Source: Hormiphora californensis
Lineage: Eukaryota; Animalia; Ctenophora
Length of the DNA: 64,000 bases
Direction: 5' to 3'
NCBI GenBank assembly: GCA_020137815.1
Contig: CM035362.1
Coordinates: 1,488,001-1,552,000, forward strand
Positions 38,031 to 53,400 of the stretch are shown in pieces. Within the stretch, counting starts at the first letter, position 1. The number at the start of each line of letters is the position of its first letter. The notes beneath the pieces are model-generated. The model was not told the origin of the DNA. It worked only from the letters and a program-made list of their open reading frames with translations, and made no database searches. The position numbers were made by a program, and so were the translations under genes.

Positions 38031-38772
38031 GAGACTCTTGGAAAATAGTAAATACATAATGATAGGATTGAGAAATTAAAAGACTGGATTTGATGTACTC
38101 GTGAGAGAAGGGATCGAGTGCAAAGACAGTGGGGCAGGACTTAATTATGTTAACTATGATTATGACTAAGTCCCAGTTACAGTCTGTCAGAGCTAGAGCA
38201 TTGAATTGGCCTGACTGGTTGACTACAATGCATAATTTACCGATGGAGTTTATTATTATATTTCTTGTTGATTCAACTGTGTATGATAATCACAATATTT
38301 TTAATTAACCCAGAAACTATTGACCTGTTACTATTGACCGGTTGCTATGAGAATTATCAATCATTTTCTCTACCTCAAATCGTGTTGACCCAATTTAGAA
38401 GAGGGTACATACTGAAAACAACCCTCGGTTGAGTTCTAACCCTCTCGATAAGATCCTTCATAACTGAGGGACAAGGGTTGAGGTAACTGTTCCCCACATT
38501 GATGTATCCTTCGAAATTTTGTTGAGTTGACTCAACTGTTCATTGAGTAATTGAGTTACTCTCAAGAACCGAAATTATTTGTTCTCATAGCAACTGAGAG
38601 TAAATTCAACGACTACAGAATTCAGGTGTTTGAACAAGGTCTGACTCATTATGTTACACATACTTTGTACACTTTTTATAACACACTGCTGAAAATAAAT
38701 AACCTTTTTAAAAACTCTCCGATCAACTCTCTGGATCAACAAATAATCGAGAGTTCCACACACACACTACAG

Positions 38773-41700
38773 CTACTCGATCTGGTCCTTGCACCTTGTT
38801 GAAAGATGATCGAAGAAGAAACGTAACTGATCAACATTCTGAAATGAGAGGGGTGTCAGTAAGATCGCTTGTCAGCGAATCTGTTTTTCCCACGCTATCA
38901 GACCGCCTGTTACACTAATTGCTGAAATTGTAAACTTTTCACTGTGCGCGATACACGCGCGCCCCACACACTAATGTTCCATGTTTGTGACACAACAGTG
39001 CCCGAATCTGGCCTAAGGGGGCTGTTGTAACTGGTAGCAACGGTCAGGGAGTTATTTTAGTAACGCACGAAATCAAGAAAATAGAAATCTATATTTTCTC
39101 TAGTCCTCTACTCTGAGATAATAAGGTATAATAGGGTCTATCGGTTAAAACCGTGTCCTTGATTCTTACATATTCTGCAAGTAAAAAATGAATAACCTAA
39201 TTATTTTATCATTTAAATTCTCACCAGATTTCTGTTTGGTGTCGTTAACATCATATGACCGTATGTCTCCAACAACTTCTTGCTATTACTGTTTGAGTAA
39301 CCTTGAAGGATTTGGTGGAAGCACGACACTGCATTCTCCCGCTGTAGAGCCAACACTAAACAAGGTCGGTTGACAAATGTTTGACAAATCTGAGAGGGGG
39401 AGAAGGGGTTTTAGGGGTTCGAACACTTTGGTTTGACAGTCAAATCTAGAGGTACCACGGTAAACGGAGATTAGAGACAGTATAAAGACCCGACTGATCA
39501 CAATTTACAATCTCGAAATAAAAAATAAAAAATAAAAGGCAAACCTCGGTTCTCAATTTGAAGAGAGATCGGAATTTAGGGAATTGTGAAATTGGGATAG
39601 TCATTAACCGTGCACCAACCACATCAAATTGACAATTCTGTATCAGCCTGCAAGGAGAGTAAAGAATTGGTATAAAGATGGAAAATATGAGGTAGTAGCA
39701 TATAAGTTTTCAAATGGATCTAGGGAATTACTCACGTTATAAGTTGACTGGCGGGAGAGAGTCGGGACTGTTTAACAGGTTTTAGAAGGTCAGGTGGGAA
39801 AACAACAGACACCTGAGAGAAACAGGATTATAATTGGAAGTGAGATATTATGTTATAATTATGTAATTAGCTAATTGTGAGATTCATTATATTGCTAATT
39901 AGCTAATTAGCTAATGAGCAAATTAATTTTCAACCAAAATACTATACCGTTTGTAGGAGAGGTTTCAAAAGGCAGGGTTTACTGTCAAGACTTCGTGAGA
40001 GGGTGGAATCAACAATTTCATCAATATAGGAATGGGGAATCTGGGGGATAGAAGTGGTTATTATAGAGACCTCTGGGACAAGGGAGGACAGTAAACTGCA
40101 AAATGAGGGGAATGTTATGTCCACAATGCACCAGGCACCTACCCCTTCAGCCTGCATGTCCAGGGTGTTTGGGCAGCACAGTCCCCTTGGGAAATGTTCC
40201 CTCACCAGATCTACACTTTCAGTATAGGATATCGGGGCTGAAAGAAGATGTTTATCAATTATCAAACTAGTGGTACTTCAGTTTGGGTACAGTGTCCCTG
40301 AATAAACGTAGCGCGCGCGATAACACATGAGAGAGAGACAGCGCAGGAGGATAGAAGAAGGGGGGATATCATACCCAATACTTCAGTTACAGTGCTGCTT
40401 GTAGTCGGATTACCGTAATGGAAATACAGTAAGGAGACGCGCACGTTGCATAACATGCGGCAAAAAGTGCATGTGTTCAGCACGTACTAAAGTCCGTTTC
40501 AAGCGACTTGACCCATAATTCTTGGAATTTGGCGCATTGCACGTGTATTTACAAAGGGGAAATCCTGAATTTCCAGGAATCTCAGGTCAAGTCGTTTGAA
40601 ACGCACTTTATAAGCGCCCTGATTGGCCACGGTTGCGCGTCGTCTTACTGTTAGGATTCAAAAACTTGTATTTTATTATTTCCCTTTCTTCTAACTTGGA
40701 AAGAACAACCAATAAACAAAAAAAACATTAAAATTCTCACCTAAGAAATCCCCCGGCTGGCTGGCGAAACTTGCCCGGAGAGAGAACTGATGGTTGAACT
40801 TGGCCTCCTTTAGATCAGGGGGTCCAACAAGTTGACTCAATTTGTACACAGCATTCTCCGCTTGGACACAGAAAACTAGCCGATCAGAACGGGAGAGATG
40901 CAGCCCGACGATAGTGAATTCTGGGGGGTGGGAGGGTGGGTTTGGAGACTGAGGATAAATTTAGAGGGTTACTTTTTTAAATAACTTAGTACGAGGTATT
41001 TGAAAAAATATAGTTTCTATCCCCACGCATACCTTCCTGTTCCAATCGTTTCATTATTTTCCCCATACTCCCTACAAGTGCTGTCTCCAGAAGAGTTGGT
41101 ATAACTCGGGGTGGAGCCAACATAGACTTTAGTATCCCCTCACTCTGGTACACCAACCGATCCGGTAAATCGGAGAGAGTTAGTCGACCTGGTAGGGTAA
41201 ATCGGAGAGAGTTAGTCGACCTGGTAGGGTAAATCGGAGAGAGTTAGTCGACCTGGTAGGGTAAATCGGAGAGAGTTAGTCGACCTGGTAGGGAAAATCG
41301 GAGAGAGTTAGTCGACCTGGTAGGGTAAATCGGAGAGAGTTAGTCGACCTGGTACTCTGGTAGGGTAAATCGGAGAGAGTTAGTCGACCTGGTAGGTTAA
41401 ATCGGAGAGAGTTAGTCGACCTGATTTCCTGATACATAATTAAGATCCCTAGTATCTCCTATACTTACTAAAACTAATTAAATATAATTAACCAGATCTA
41501 ATTAACTAACCTTTATCCTTGCTAATGATGCTGTTAACGTGGGTTCGGGGTGGTGGGAGATGGAGTTGTCGGGGTCTCATTATCTCATCACTATACAGCT
41601 CCTTCTCAAAGAACAACAGAGACGCTGAGAGAGAGGATGGTATTATTATTTATGTGATACAGTCCTGTCACACAGCTGTGTGAAATCACTTTACCCGAGT

Positions 41701-44429
41701 AACCAGATAAGAATCTACCCTACCTGTAAAAGCGCAATTAAATAATATACCAAACATGCAAATAATTAATTAAATCAAAATAGGTAAATGATAAATAAAT
41801 CGTTCGAATAATATATAACACAAACCGAGTTTATAAGCATGTTCGGGTGTTTCACTCGTGATGCAATCCTTCTTATTGACCATCAACTCCTGAACCAGCT
41901 GAAAGGCGTTGATTGCCCGTACTAACAGTGCTAACACCGGAACTGGAAAACAGATATTGTGTGACACAAACATTATTCCATTGGGAGAGGGAAATTGAGA
42001 ACTCGAGTATTCTAATGAATGGCTGTCATGTAATTATTTAGAAAGCTCTCTATAGTAGTCGCGGGGTGATTTCGTAACCAAGCTAAATACCTGTTTGAAG
42101 ATGTTGCACATTTCCCTTCCAAGCGGGCTCTCCTACCTCATATTTAGTTAGCTCACGAGCCTGGTGTTAAAAATAAAAGTTAGTAATCTCTTCAGCTTCG
42201 GAAGAATCCGTCTTTTCACGGTCACACAGTTAGTAAGAGTGAACTGTAAGACTGTAAGAATGAACTGTAAGACTGTAAGACTGTAAGAATGAACTGTAAG
42301 ACCGTATCTTACGCAAGATTTGAGTAAATAATTTGTGCTATACCTGGAAGCTGCTAAGCCGGGGAATTAGCTTCACACCCAACAGTTCTAAATGTCCCGT
42401 CTCGTAGGGTGAACACTCGAGTCCCAAAGTCTCTGAAATGAAGTGAAAATGTAAAGCCAAACTCCAAAGGAAAGTTGCTGTTCTAACATTTCAACTTAGG
42501 AACATACTTGTGTAGTGGATGAGTCGCGTTATCTCCGATCCTGCGTTATCTACTGCAGTGGTCTGTCCTGTCAGTGCGATGACTACAATCTGCTCCAGAT
42601 CTCTTCTGTCTGGTATCATGTGCTGAAAAAAGGAAAGCGATTATTTTCTGAACAATAATCAAATAATCAACAAGGATGTCAGCTGTCAGGGAAATACCAT
42701 ACCGACGCGGATGGCTCAGATGTATCTCAAAACGAACATCCACAATTGGGTATCTTTCAGCTACATACCTGTTTGTGAGACATGAAAAAGTCGAAGGTTT
42801 TCCGTTCTGGTAGGAGTCCAAACTGTCCTCCCACGTTCCAGAGATTGTTATCGGAGAAGGGTATCATTTCAAAATAGAGATAGGGATCTGACGAGATGCT
42901 CAATTAGTGGGAGAAACAGTCTGAGGATGTCAAAATCTAGGTTGTCTCGTGCTGTGGTCCCGATTTGAGAGAACTGGCTAAAAACGGGGTCTACGGCGGC
43001 CGCCCCTTGACAGTCAGATGTGTTCAAATGAATATTGAATGAAATATTAAATGAATTAAAATATTGGTAATACCTGAAAGTTGCTCCTTTGAATACGTTA
43101 TATCGAGATCGGCTTCAGTTGTGCTCATCGTGTGGTCTAGGTTTCTATCCACTACTCTACTCTTCAACTCCCGTATCATTGCCCTGTAATATATGACCAT
43201 TATAAAAGCAATCAGTTTTAAAGCCAAAGTCTAAAGGAAAGTCTCTATACCGTGAGTGATAAATTCCGTTCCTCTTCCCCAAGAAAAGGACAGTTGAAGC
43301 GAGGGTTGGTTGTGACGGACAGGCGTCTGTGGAGAAGTTCTGGGGGAAAATGTGTCTATCATCCCTACTACCAGGGGTGGAGCCATTGGAACTTGATAGG
43401 GATGGAGAGGTAAGGGGTGTCCCATTAAACTTAGAGAAGATTTTAGTTTGTGTCTCAGATAATCCAAGACCAACGCACTTTCGGTAGTTCAATCGGCTTC
43501 GTCGAATTCCTGAAACCAATAAAAAGTGGTAAAGATACCGACTATATTTTTGGAATTGAAGCTGCTAAAAAGGAAACCTCACCCAACAAAGAAATGCCTC
43601 CCTGCTGTAGAACATCAACAACTTCCCCAAGCAGGGACGGAGAGATGAGGGGTGAAATTAGGAGGAAGAAGTATTCGTGGCTCCGCTCAAAGACCAGAGG
43701 AAGGGACGGTTCTTTAGGGATGGCACAGTTGAGGGGGAATCGAGGTCCAAAGTATTTTACCAGCTGTTGTCTGTATCGGGAGAAGAGAATCAGTTTAGGA
43801 ACAAAGAGAAACGATATGGTTTGTTTCTCTTTGTGCTATCGGTATTTTGTGCCGTCACACTGTATGAGTAGAGGAAGGTTGACAATGATTCGGCAAAGCA
43901 TGGATGATGAAATTGTATCATTGAACCTGCACTAAATTCATTTCTCACTCGTAACATACCCAGTTTTCTCTGTGGTCCGTGTGTTTGTCAGTGTGAACGT
44001 TCCGAATTGCATCCTCCTCATAACAGCCCTCACACTATCAGGGTCCGTTCGTAGGGCCAGTTCGCTATCCTGAGGCCCCAGTTTTTCTGAGAAGGGACAG
44101 TTCAAGTGTCAGACTTTTTTATCGAGTGTCCTAGCAACCAAAAACTAGTTGGTCCCAACTCGATTTAATTGTAAGGGTGATTTTCTGTGTTAGCTGTGTT
44201 GGATTATAGTGTTGGGAGAATGGGGCTTCCGTTCCAGTGCAGGGGGAAGTGGGCGCAAGGGTTGTGGACACAATTGTGGTTGTGTTCAAGCATTCGTATT
44301 GAAAAACTCTCGCATCGTGAATAGAACGTGTGAGAGGCATCTTACACTGCACATCACATGACCATCCACTATGATTGCAGTTGTACACGCACACATGTTC
44401 TTCTGTTGCTTGTCGAAGAGTGAGTGAGA

Positions 44430-44484
<55 letters not shown>

Positions 44485-47400
44485 TCCAACATGTACAGCT
44501 GTATGCAATGCATGTTCGTCACACACTATCATTCTATTAGTGCATGAAAGACTAGCCATCTCACTGATCACTCACAAAAATGAATCCGTAAAAAACCGAT
44601 AAAAAGAGACACTATTGATCCCGTGTACATAAACAATAAAAATCAATAACCTCTCTCTGACTCCCCCGGCTAATAATGTATGTATAATAAATGATATTTC
44701 TAACAAATGCTGGCTACATCCTGACGGGGGGGGGGGGGGGCACATTCTCACCTGCCCACCGTTTCGGTGCATCATGTCCTGATATAGCGACAGCTAGATG
44801 TGGCCCTCCTTCTTCTGATGATGATGATGATGAGAAACGTAGTGCCGATATTTCCAGTTGGACATCCTTTATACTGGACAGCACGTGAAATATACCCGCC
44901 TGGAGGGTGGATGATCTATAGTTAATGAGGACCGGTATGAGCGTTCTTGATAAACTATTAACGGGGTTATAACATTAATATTGTGGTGGATGTTACTCGT
45001 GTGATTATACCGGTGAGAGCAGGAGATTTCCAGTTATTGTTGACACACAGAATTCAGTAGATCCAGGATCAGATAGCGTCTCATGTATCTCACTGAGGGC
45101 CACCTTGTGCTTCCCTCGCATCGTCTCAGATGCCTGGACATGTAACGTTTAGTGATTTCTACATCAGTTTGAATATATTTTAACACTAACTCTCAATTAT
45201 CGGTTATATATTATACAGGGAAAGGGCTGGTTCTGGTTGACAAGAATCTTCGCCGATCTCAAAGAATCTACCTACATACAGGTGGCCCATAAATTATGAG
45301 GCCGGGGGACGAGCTGTACCTCCGAAACGGTGATAGTTGTGCAAAAACAAACTACGGGAACATGCTGGAATAATTCCTTGGTAACTTTTTGCAAATTTTG
45401 AGTTTTTTATTCAAAAGTTCATTTTTCATTCATGAACTATTTACACGTTCATTAATGAATTAAGGACTCTAATTTACCGAGAGTGAGCCATTTTGTTTGG
45501 GTTGAATTTATCTTTCCAATGAGCACCATGAAAATCAAATTGAAGCACCAGGTCACATGGCACTTGAGAAAATGCACATGCATGATTTTGGCTCTTCCTG
45601 CGACTTTCAATCAGCTGTATCACGGCTACCTTTTGTTCAATCTTTTTAAAAATTTGGGTGAACATTGGATAAGCAAAGATCTTTGCTCACAAGAAAAATC
45701 AAGGTCAAAACTGAAAGTTCATTTTTGAGTTTTGGTAGTTCATTCCACTCATTCAGGAACCAACATCCCTAAAGTGATGAAAAGTGATTGGTTTTGTTTG
45801 GTCCATACCCTGCAATGACAGAGAGGTGTAAAAACACGTTTTCGGGCTAGTTAGTGGGTGTCCATGTGAGCATGATGATATCTGACACCTCTTCTGAGCC
45901 ATAATCAAGGGATTTTCTCGAATTCAAGCATGTGATTTGGGTTATCTGTGATTGGTATCGTGCAGCAATGTTGAGAGATCTCATAGCACCTCAAAAATTA
46001 TGATTAGCTCAATAAAATGGGCTGATTTTGGATCGAAAATGGTAGTTTAGTTCATTTTGACGTATGTTTTAATCTCTTCTATCATAAATCAACTCATTTC
46101 ATTGAGCTAATCATAATTTTTGAGGTGCTATGAGATCTCTCAACATTGCTGCACGATACCAATCACAGATAACCCAAATCACATGCTTGAATTCGAGAAA
46201 ATCCCTTGATTATGGCTCAGAAGAGGTGTCAGATATCATCATGATCACATGGACACCCACTAACTAGCCCGAAAACGTGTTTTTTACACCTCTCTGTCAT
46301 CGTAGGGTATGGGCCAAACAAAATCAATCACTTTTCATCACTTTAGGGATGTTGGTTCCTGAATGAGTGGAATGAACTACCAAAACTCAAAAATGAACTT
46401 TCAGTTTTAACCTTGATTTTTCTTGTGAGCAAAGATCTTTGCTTATCCAATGTTCACCAAAATTTTTAAAAAGATTGAACAAAAGGTAGCCGTGATACAG
46501 CTGATTGAAAGTCGCAGGAAGAGCCAAAATCATGCATGTGCATTTTCTCAAGTGCCATGTGACCTGGTGCTTCAATTTGATTTTCATGGTGCTCATTGGA
46601 AAGATAAATTCAACCCAAACAAAATGGCTCACTCTCGGTAAATTAGAGTCCTTAATTCATTAATGAACGTGTAAATAGTTCATGAATGAAAAATGAACTT
46701 TTGAATAAAAAACTCAAAATTTGCAAAAAGTTACCAAGGAATTGTTCCAGCATGTTCCCGTAGTTTGTTTTTGCCCAACTATCACCGTTTCGGAGGTACA
46801 GCTCGTCCCCCGGCCTCATAATTTATGGGCCACCTTGTAATAAATAAAATATCCAGTAACTCGAAAACAACCTATTCGATCATGGTATAACAATATTTCA
46901 TACCGATTCAGGGTCCACCTGCCAGGCAGTGATGGCAGGTTGGGTTGTGAACAGTTCCCCTGCTTCATTCCACTGTGACACAAGGAAGAGCTTGCTGAGA
47001 CTTTCACAGAAAGGGTAATCCCGGGGGTTTAGTAGAGTGGTGCTGAAAATGAGTAAATATATTCCTTGTGATTATTGAATACCTGTTAAAATCCTCTTAC
47101 TCTGGCTGACTCTTGGAGGGGGGTGGGCTTCGCACTCCGCCAAGGGACAGCTAGCGAGTTACTCAAAAAAATCGAAGAAGATAACAATAATTGCCTGATT
47201 GCCCGGTAATTGCTCGATAGTTACCTAAATAGCTGTGGATCAATCTGGGCGATAGAGTGAGTTGAAAAGAAGGCTTTAGTATCCCGGTAGAAGGTATTTG
47301 TTTGTCGAACACTGCGTACCAAGAACACATACGTTAGGCAGTTACTGAAATTATAGGGCTGGTTAGTATTCTATTATGAAGTGGTATATATGTCACGCAA

Positions 47401-50400
47401 TGCCAGTATGACCTATAATTTATAGCTTTAACCATTGTTAACCTCATACACCCCCTAATCGTCTCTAATTTCTCTCTGATCCTAAATATTTGTGTCTTGT
47501 CCTGGTTATAATACATCACCTACTTGACGAAGGTAAGTCGGGTTGAGAGAAGGGAGAAGGGTTTGGCACCAGAGCTCAACAACCAAGTGAGCACTCCCTC
47601 AGTCGCGTATTCGGAAACCGTGGGTATTTCATCATAGCAGTAGGAGTAATATTCGGGAGGAAGGGATGACAGTTCACCTGCAAATAGGGTTCGATCAGGA
47701 ACCGACCGACACAAGTAAACAACCAATCAGAACTCGTTATTTAGGTCACGTGACTGGTTATCAGCCAATCAGGGACCAGCATTTCCTGATTCGGTTGGTT
47801 CCTGGGTTCGATAATATTTTCATGTATATGTTTTATCCCCCTCCAGGTAAATACAGTCGGACACCGATGTACCGGGATACTAAGGGGAGAGGCGTTTGCC
47901 CGGTAAATCGGGGAACCCAGTATATCGGGGCCTGACTGTAGAACCAATCGTGGTATAAAAATTTGGGAGCATTTTTTGGCACTTCGCCAGTCTGGGTACA
48001 AGTTCAAAGTTTGCAGTGCTAACTGCTAATTTATATCACGTTTAAATCATGACGTCCTTTTGGCCGACTCCATCTCATGACACTCCAAGCTGCAGCGACT
48101 ATTGTAGAACTCAAACAATAACCTCCCTCAATTTGAGGGTTACAAGACCTTATCACATGGCCATTATTTCTCTCACCTCTTCAGCTCACCCGTTTACAGT
48201 GCTAAATTATTAGTTCGCTGGAAAAATTTTGCCAACCTTTCAGAGAGAAATATTTTCTTATCAGCTAAAATGCTCAGCCAATAAGACCTTGGGAAATCTC
48301 GTCTTTAGGTTATATTCGCATATTTTATAAAAATACAGAGTTATTTATTGAGTTATTGAATTAGCATCTCACTCCGGCTACAAAGAATTTCTTATCTGTC
48401 TTTAGTGGGTATATGCAGCAGTAAACTCGTGAGGACGCTATCATTATTCGAGAATTTGTTATTTTGTGGCTGTACAGATCCATCGATATGTTTTCTCGTC
48501 TCAGTCTGATATATGTATACCTAACGTCCTAACAACCTTTCTTTTGCTTTCTTTTTTGCAAATGTACCGATCTTACTCTCTTTAGTAAAAGTAATGATCT
48601 CGCTCAGCTCTCTTTAGTAAAAGTAATGATCTCGCTCAGCTCTCTTTAGTAAAATTAACGATCTCACTTTGCTCTCTTTAGTAAAAGTAACCATCTCACT
48701 TTGCTCTCTTTAGTAAAAGTAATGATCTCGCTCAGCTCTCTTTAGTAAAAGTAATGATCCCGCTCAGCTCTCTTTAGTAAAATTAACGATCTCACTTTGC
48801 TCTCTTTAGTAAAAGTAACCATCTCACTTTGCTCTCTTTAGTAAAAGTAACGATCTCACTTTGCGGTTGTGGGGCGAACTATGATGTTGTGTATCCTAGT
48901 GACGATCCATCTTGTGACTGTACGATCAGCGATATCAACCTTACCAGGCCCGTTGCCACCAGAAACTACAGCTGAACCAACACTAAATAACTCGAATTAT
49001 GGTGAGTTGTTTTCAAAGGATAATAATAGGGTATGTTAAAGTGAGAGTGGACCGAATCAGAATTGGAAAAGTTTGTTGTAGGTAGTAGAGATTAGCTTTC
49101 TGAGCATTTTGCGTTTTTGCCGCTCAAAATCGACCCACCCATCACTGAGATATTTTTGTTATGTTGGGAGAACTCCTGTTTAATCAGTATGTATAAAACA
49201 GATTAGAAACAATAGTGATGTTTTACTAATACATTCTGAATATAAGCAGTGAGGTTGACATGTCCATGCACAGAAGCAGGGCAATGCAAGCCAGCATATT
49301 AAAAGAATGTGTTAGTAAAACACAAGGATTGTTTCTATCCTGTTTCATAAATATTGATCTAGCAGGAATTCTCCCAACATAACAAAAATATCTCAGTGAT
49401 GAGTGGATCGATTTTGAGCGGCAAAAACGCAAAATGCTCAGAAACCTAATCTCTACTACCTACAAAAAACGTGTCCAATTCTGATCCGGTCCACTCTCAC
49501 TTTAACTTGTGCCACCCGAAATTTGGGTTACTGACACTCCTTCACTTTGCATTGAATCCAAAAATGACCTTTAAGTTTATTGTAGATCTCATTAAGATCA
49601 TACGAAAACTTGAAGGTCATGTTTTGATTGGATGCACAAAAAGGGTGGTGCACGACATTGGCACGTGCTGATCTAAGCGCTCCTAGTACCCAGTGGTAAC
49701 AATATTATAAAGTTTCAGTGACATGGACGGATGTCGATAAAAAACAACGACCAATCTCATGGGACCTAAAAGATAGGAGCTTTTCAATACTAACTAAAAT
49801 TAATGGAGACGTGATACTCCATCTGAGCAACGAGGGCAGGTCCTATTCAGAGCGGCTTGATATATGCCTCCACCGTAGCCCATTTGCATACAGTTTGGGA
49901 GACTGCATATCGGGCTCGGCCTATCCACGGCCTATCCTCGACGAACTCGTTATTTGGACAATCAGAAGGAACGAAACCCATCTTTCAATTTCTTGCGATG
50001 AACAGGAGATGGTGCATGTTTCCCTCTCAGGGACAGGCTGTATAAATTATGAAATATCGGCGGTGACTTTTGATAGGAACGATACAGCATCGATAAGTTA
50101 TGGACCGACAATGCCTTTTAGAGGTACAGTTAGACCCCAATTTACCGGGAAGCTTCGGGCAAAAGGGGTTTTGCCCGGTAAATCGGGGTGTTGGTAGATC
50201 GGTGTCCGACTGTAAAGTTTAAATTCTACATATACAGTCGGATCCCGATTTAGTGGCCCCCGATTTAGTGGCACCCCGATTTAGTGGCAGGATAATTTTC
50301 CCCCGATATAGGAAATTAACAGCATTTGACCCCGATTTAGTGGACACCCCGATTTAGTGGACAAAACCCTTTCCGAGGATGCCACTAAATTGGGGTCCGA

Positions 50401-53400
50401 CTGTAATAATAGGTGTTCTGACAAAAAAAAGCGATTAGCATTTAAATTCTACACCAATAAACTGCATTTTCAAGGCCAATAGTCATAGTAATTAGTATAC
50501 TTGCAAGCTATTGGAGTAGGATCCGACATTCTTTGAGTTGAGTTATAACGGGTGACAACTAAAAATCTGGACATTTTTCTATAAGCTCTAGCGCCGGTCC
50601 CGTTTGAGATACAGCTACGGACCAGTGATAGAACGATTTTTCAGACAATTTTGAATCAGAATAACACAACGGGAAAGACTTAAAAGTTCATTTTCATTGC
50701 CATATCGCATCATTTCCTCTTGACCCACCAAAGCATGTAGTACGGAGATTTGAGATTTCTATGTGACCAAAAACAACCTTCTCGATGAAATAGAATTCTC
50801 AAAATTGGAAGTCTGGTAGCTTATGCTATAACCAACATAACTGCCAAGTTTCAACATCTTAGCTCATCAGGAAGTTGGTTTTCCACGTCATAAATGTTTC
50901 GAGAGATCGTCAAAATGGCGATTTCTCAAATTACCTGTAAACTACGATTTGAAAGGTTTGTTACAGATGATTCTGTGATCAGAATTGAGATTAACGGAGT
51001 GTGAAACAAAGTTAATTTTGTTCAAAATTGTCTGAAAAATCATTCGATCGCTGCCCCGAAGCTGTATCTCAAAAAGAACAGGCGCTAGAGGTGCTAGAAA
51101 AGTATGTAAATTTCACGTAATACATGATTTTGTGGGGCAAGAGGAAGTGATGCGATATCGCAATGAAAATGAACTTTTAAGTCTTTCCCGTTGTGATATT
51201 CTGATTCAAAATTGTCTGAAAAATCGTTCTATCACTGGCCTGAAGCTGTATCTCAAACTGGGACGGCGCTAGAGCTCACAGAAAAGTGTCCAGATTTTTA
51301 GTTGTCACCCGTTAATACTTCCCTTTTCAGTATATGATCGAATAACAAAGAATCAAAAAGTTGACCTCATACGGACAGTAGCCCCTAGTTCTCCAGGGAC
51401 TAATCAATCAACTTACCTATCAACTCCTGATATCGCCACTAAAAGTTGGATGCCATTCGACGATCAAGGATCTCCCGCAAGATTCAGCGTCAACCTACTA
51501 GATAACAGTATTCCGGAACCTATAGCAACCATGACCTTCGAATTTGGGGACTTGTTTAATTGGACGCTCAAATGCGGTTCATCGGAGTTCTTAATAATGA
51601 ATAATTCGTATTCATTATCATCAGGAGATACAACTGGAATAACATACTCCTTCGAACTGTATGAAGGAAAAAAGATTGAACTATTTATGACTGACCATTT
51701 AAATCGAGATGTTTACAGATTCCGTTCATACCTACCTGAGAGTAACTGTGCCGATCAAATTTGTAACACCTCTGCAAAAGGCAATCTTTCAATGGAAATA
51801 AACGACAATGATACACTTTCTGGATTCTACCCATCTCTCAACACCTCACTCGGTGGGTATAATAGTATACTGTTGATGAACAGAACAGATTTACTGGGGT
51901 GCTCCGTTATTAATAGTTAACAGTGCATCTTAGAAGCTCACTTGTTGCTCAACCAATGGTGGAGCACCACGTAGCATTCTGCAAATTGTTATCTGATTTT
52001 ATACTCCCGGAGTGAAGACATGTAAACCAATGCTACAAGTAAAATACATGATACTTTATTTTCAGGTTGGATTGAATACGAATACGGCATAATATTCAAA
52101 CACTACTTGGAGGAGGTTCCGCTAGTTGTAGTTGTAGAAGAGGAAACATACGACCTTAGCTTCACTTTATTTAACCATGACGTAAGAATATATATCTATA
52201 TATTAGACAAGGAGGGTAGAAACTAAACAGGGGTGAGGGATTGGGGGGGGGGGGGTTCGGACCCCCTAGAGAAATATCATTCCGCAAAACTGAGGGGGTA
52301 TACAGTAATAATCCGATAGTTATCATCTATAAAAATGCCCATAAACACGAGTGGTATAACAGATAAATATCGGTCTACTGCATGCGCGGCCCAAAAAAAA
52401 CTAAGGGTACGTTGGCCTTCTTTTCTCCCGGAAGTTTAATTTCGATCACTCTGATATTTTGTCACAATATTTGTATGGTTACTCATTCGAGGAATCCGGA
52501 GTTTCAAAACATAAAAGTGTGAAGTTCATGAATGAACCCAATTTCTCGTTTTTCGGGTTTTTCCATGTTTTCTCATGGTTAAATTCGATTTTATTCTTAA
52601 AAATAGCAACCATGCATTAGAATAAACAATAATAAATGGCAATCCGAGTTTTTATTAAAAATGAATCAAGTTTAGTTGGTGAAATAAATGATTAAAAAAC
52701 GGTCATTTTTACCAAACATCGATTTTAACCAATTTTGACAAGAAATTGGTAAATTTAGGCGCTAAAAATTCGTACGGCCATCACACTTGATCGATATTGA
52801 TTATTGATGTTAGCTAGAATTTTGGCTCTCTATCTAAAAATTCATTTTTACGACTGGAATGATTCCTAAATGAACTTGAAAACAAAAAAGGTATTCCAAA
52901 CCGGAATTTCACAGTCGCCTTTGGGTAACGATTTCCTTTCAAACGCGACTAATTTTAGCTCAATTGGACCACCACAAGAGACACAGTGGCCACTTTTCCG
53001 ACACTAGGTCTGGCCAAGTGACCCCTATTGGACCGCTAGCGTCATTACTAAGTGCCAATAAGCAGGTTTAACGGTCGCGTATCACGTATCACATCTGCTA
53101 ATTAGGACGGTATACCGATACAGCGTCCGTTAGAATGTACGTTCTCTTGCTAACACGTCATAATTTGATGGGGATCACATGACCCAACCTAGGCTAGGTA
53201 AACTGGTCACTGTGATTCTTGGGGTGATCCAATTAAGCTCAAACTGGTCGCGTTCGAAAGAAAATCGATAGCCAAACAAATTTGTAAAACTTTGGTACCA
53301 AAATATGGTCCCGTTTTGGCGTTCATTAAATGTTCATTCGGGCGAAAAAAAAGAATTTTCATCCAAAGGGCTGAAACTCCGGATTCCTCGAATGAGTAAC

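Noticed and set aside
42232-42302. GTAAGACT/GTAAGAATGAACT repeats (CTTACAG on the sense strand) in a DNAAF8-like intron
   Set aside because: Acceptor-like, but not adjacent to or matching a flanking exon, so not counted as a junction array.
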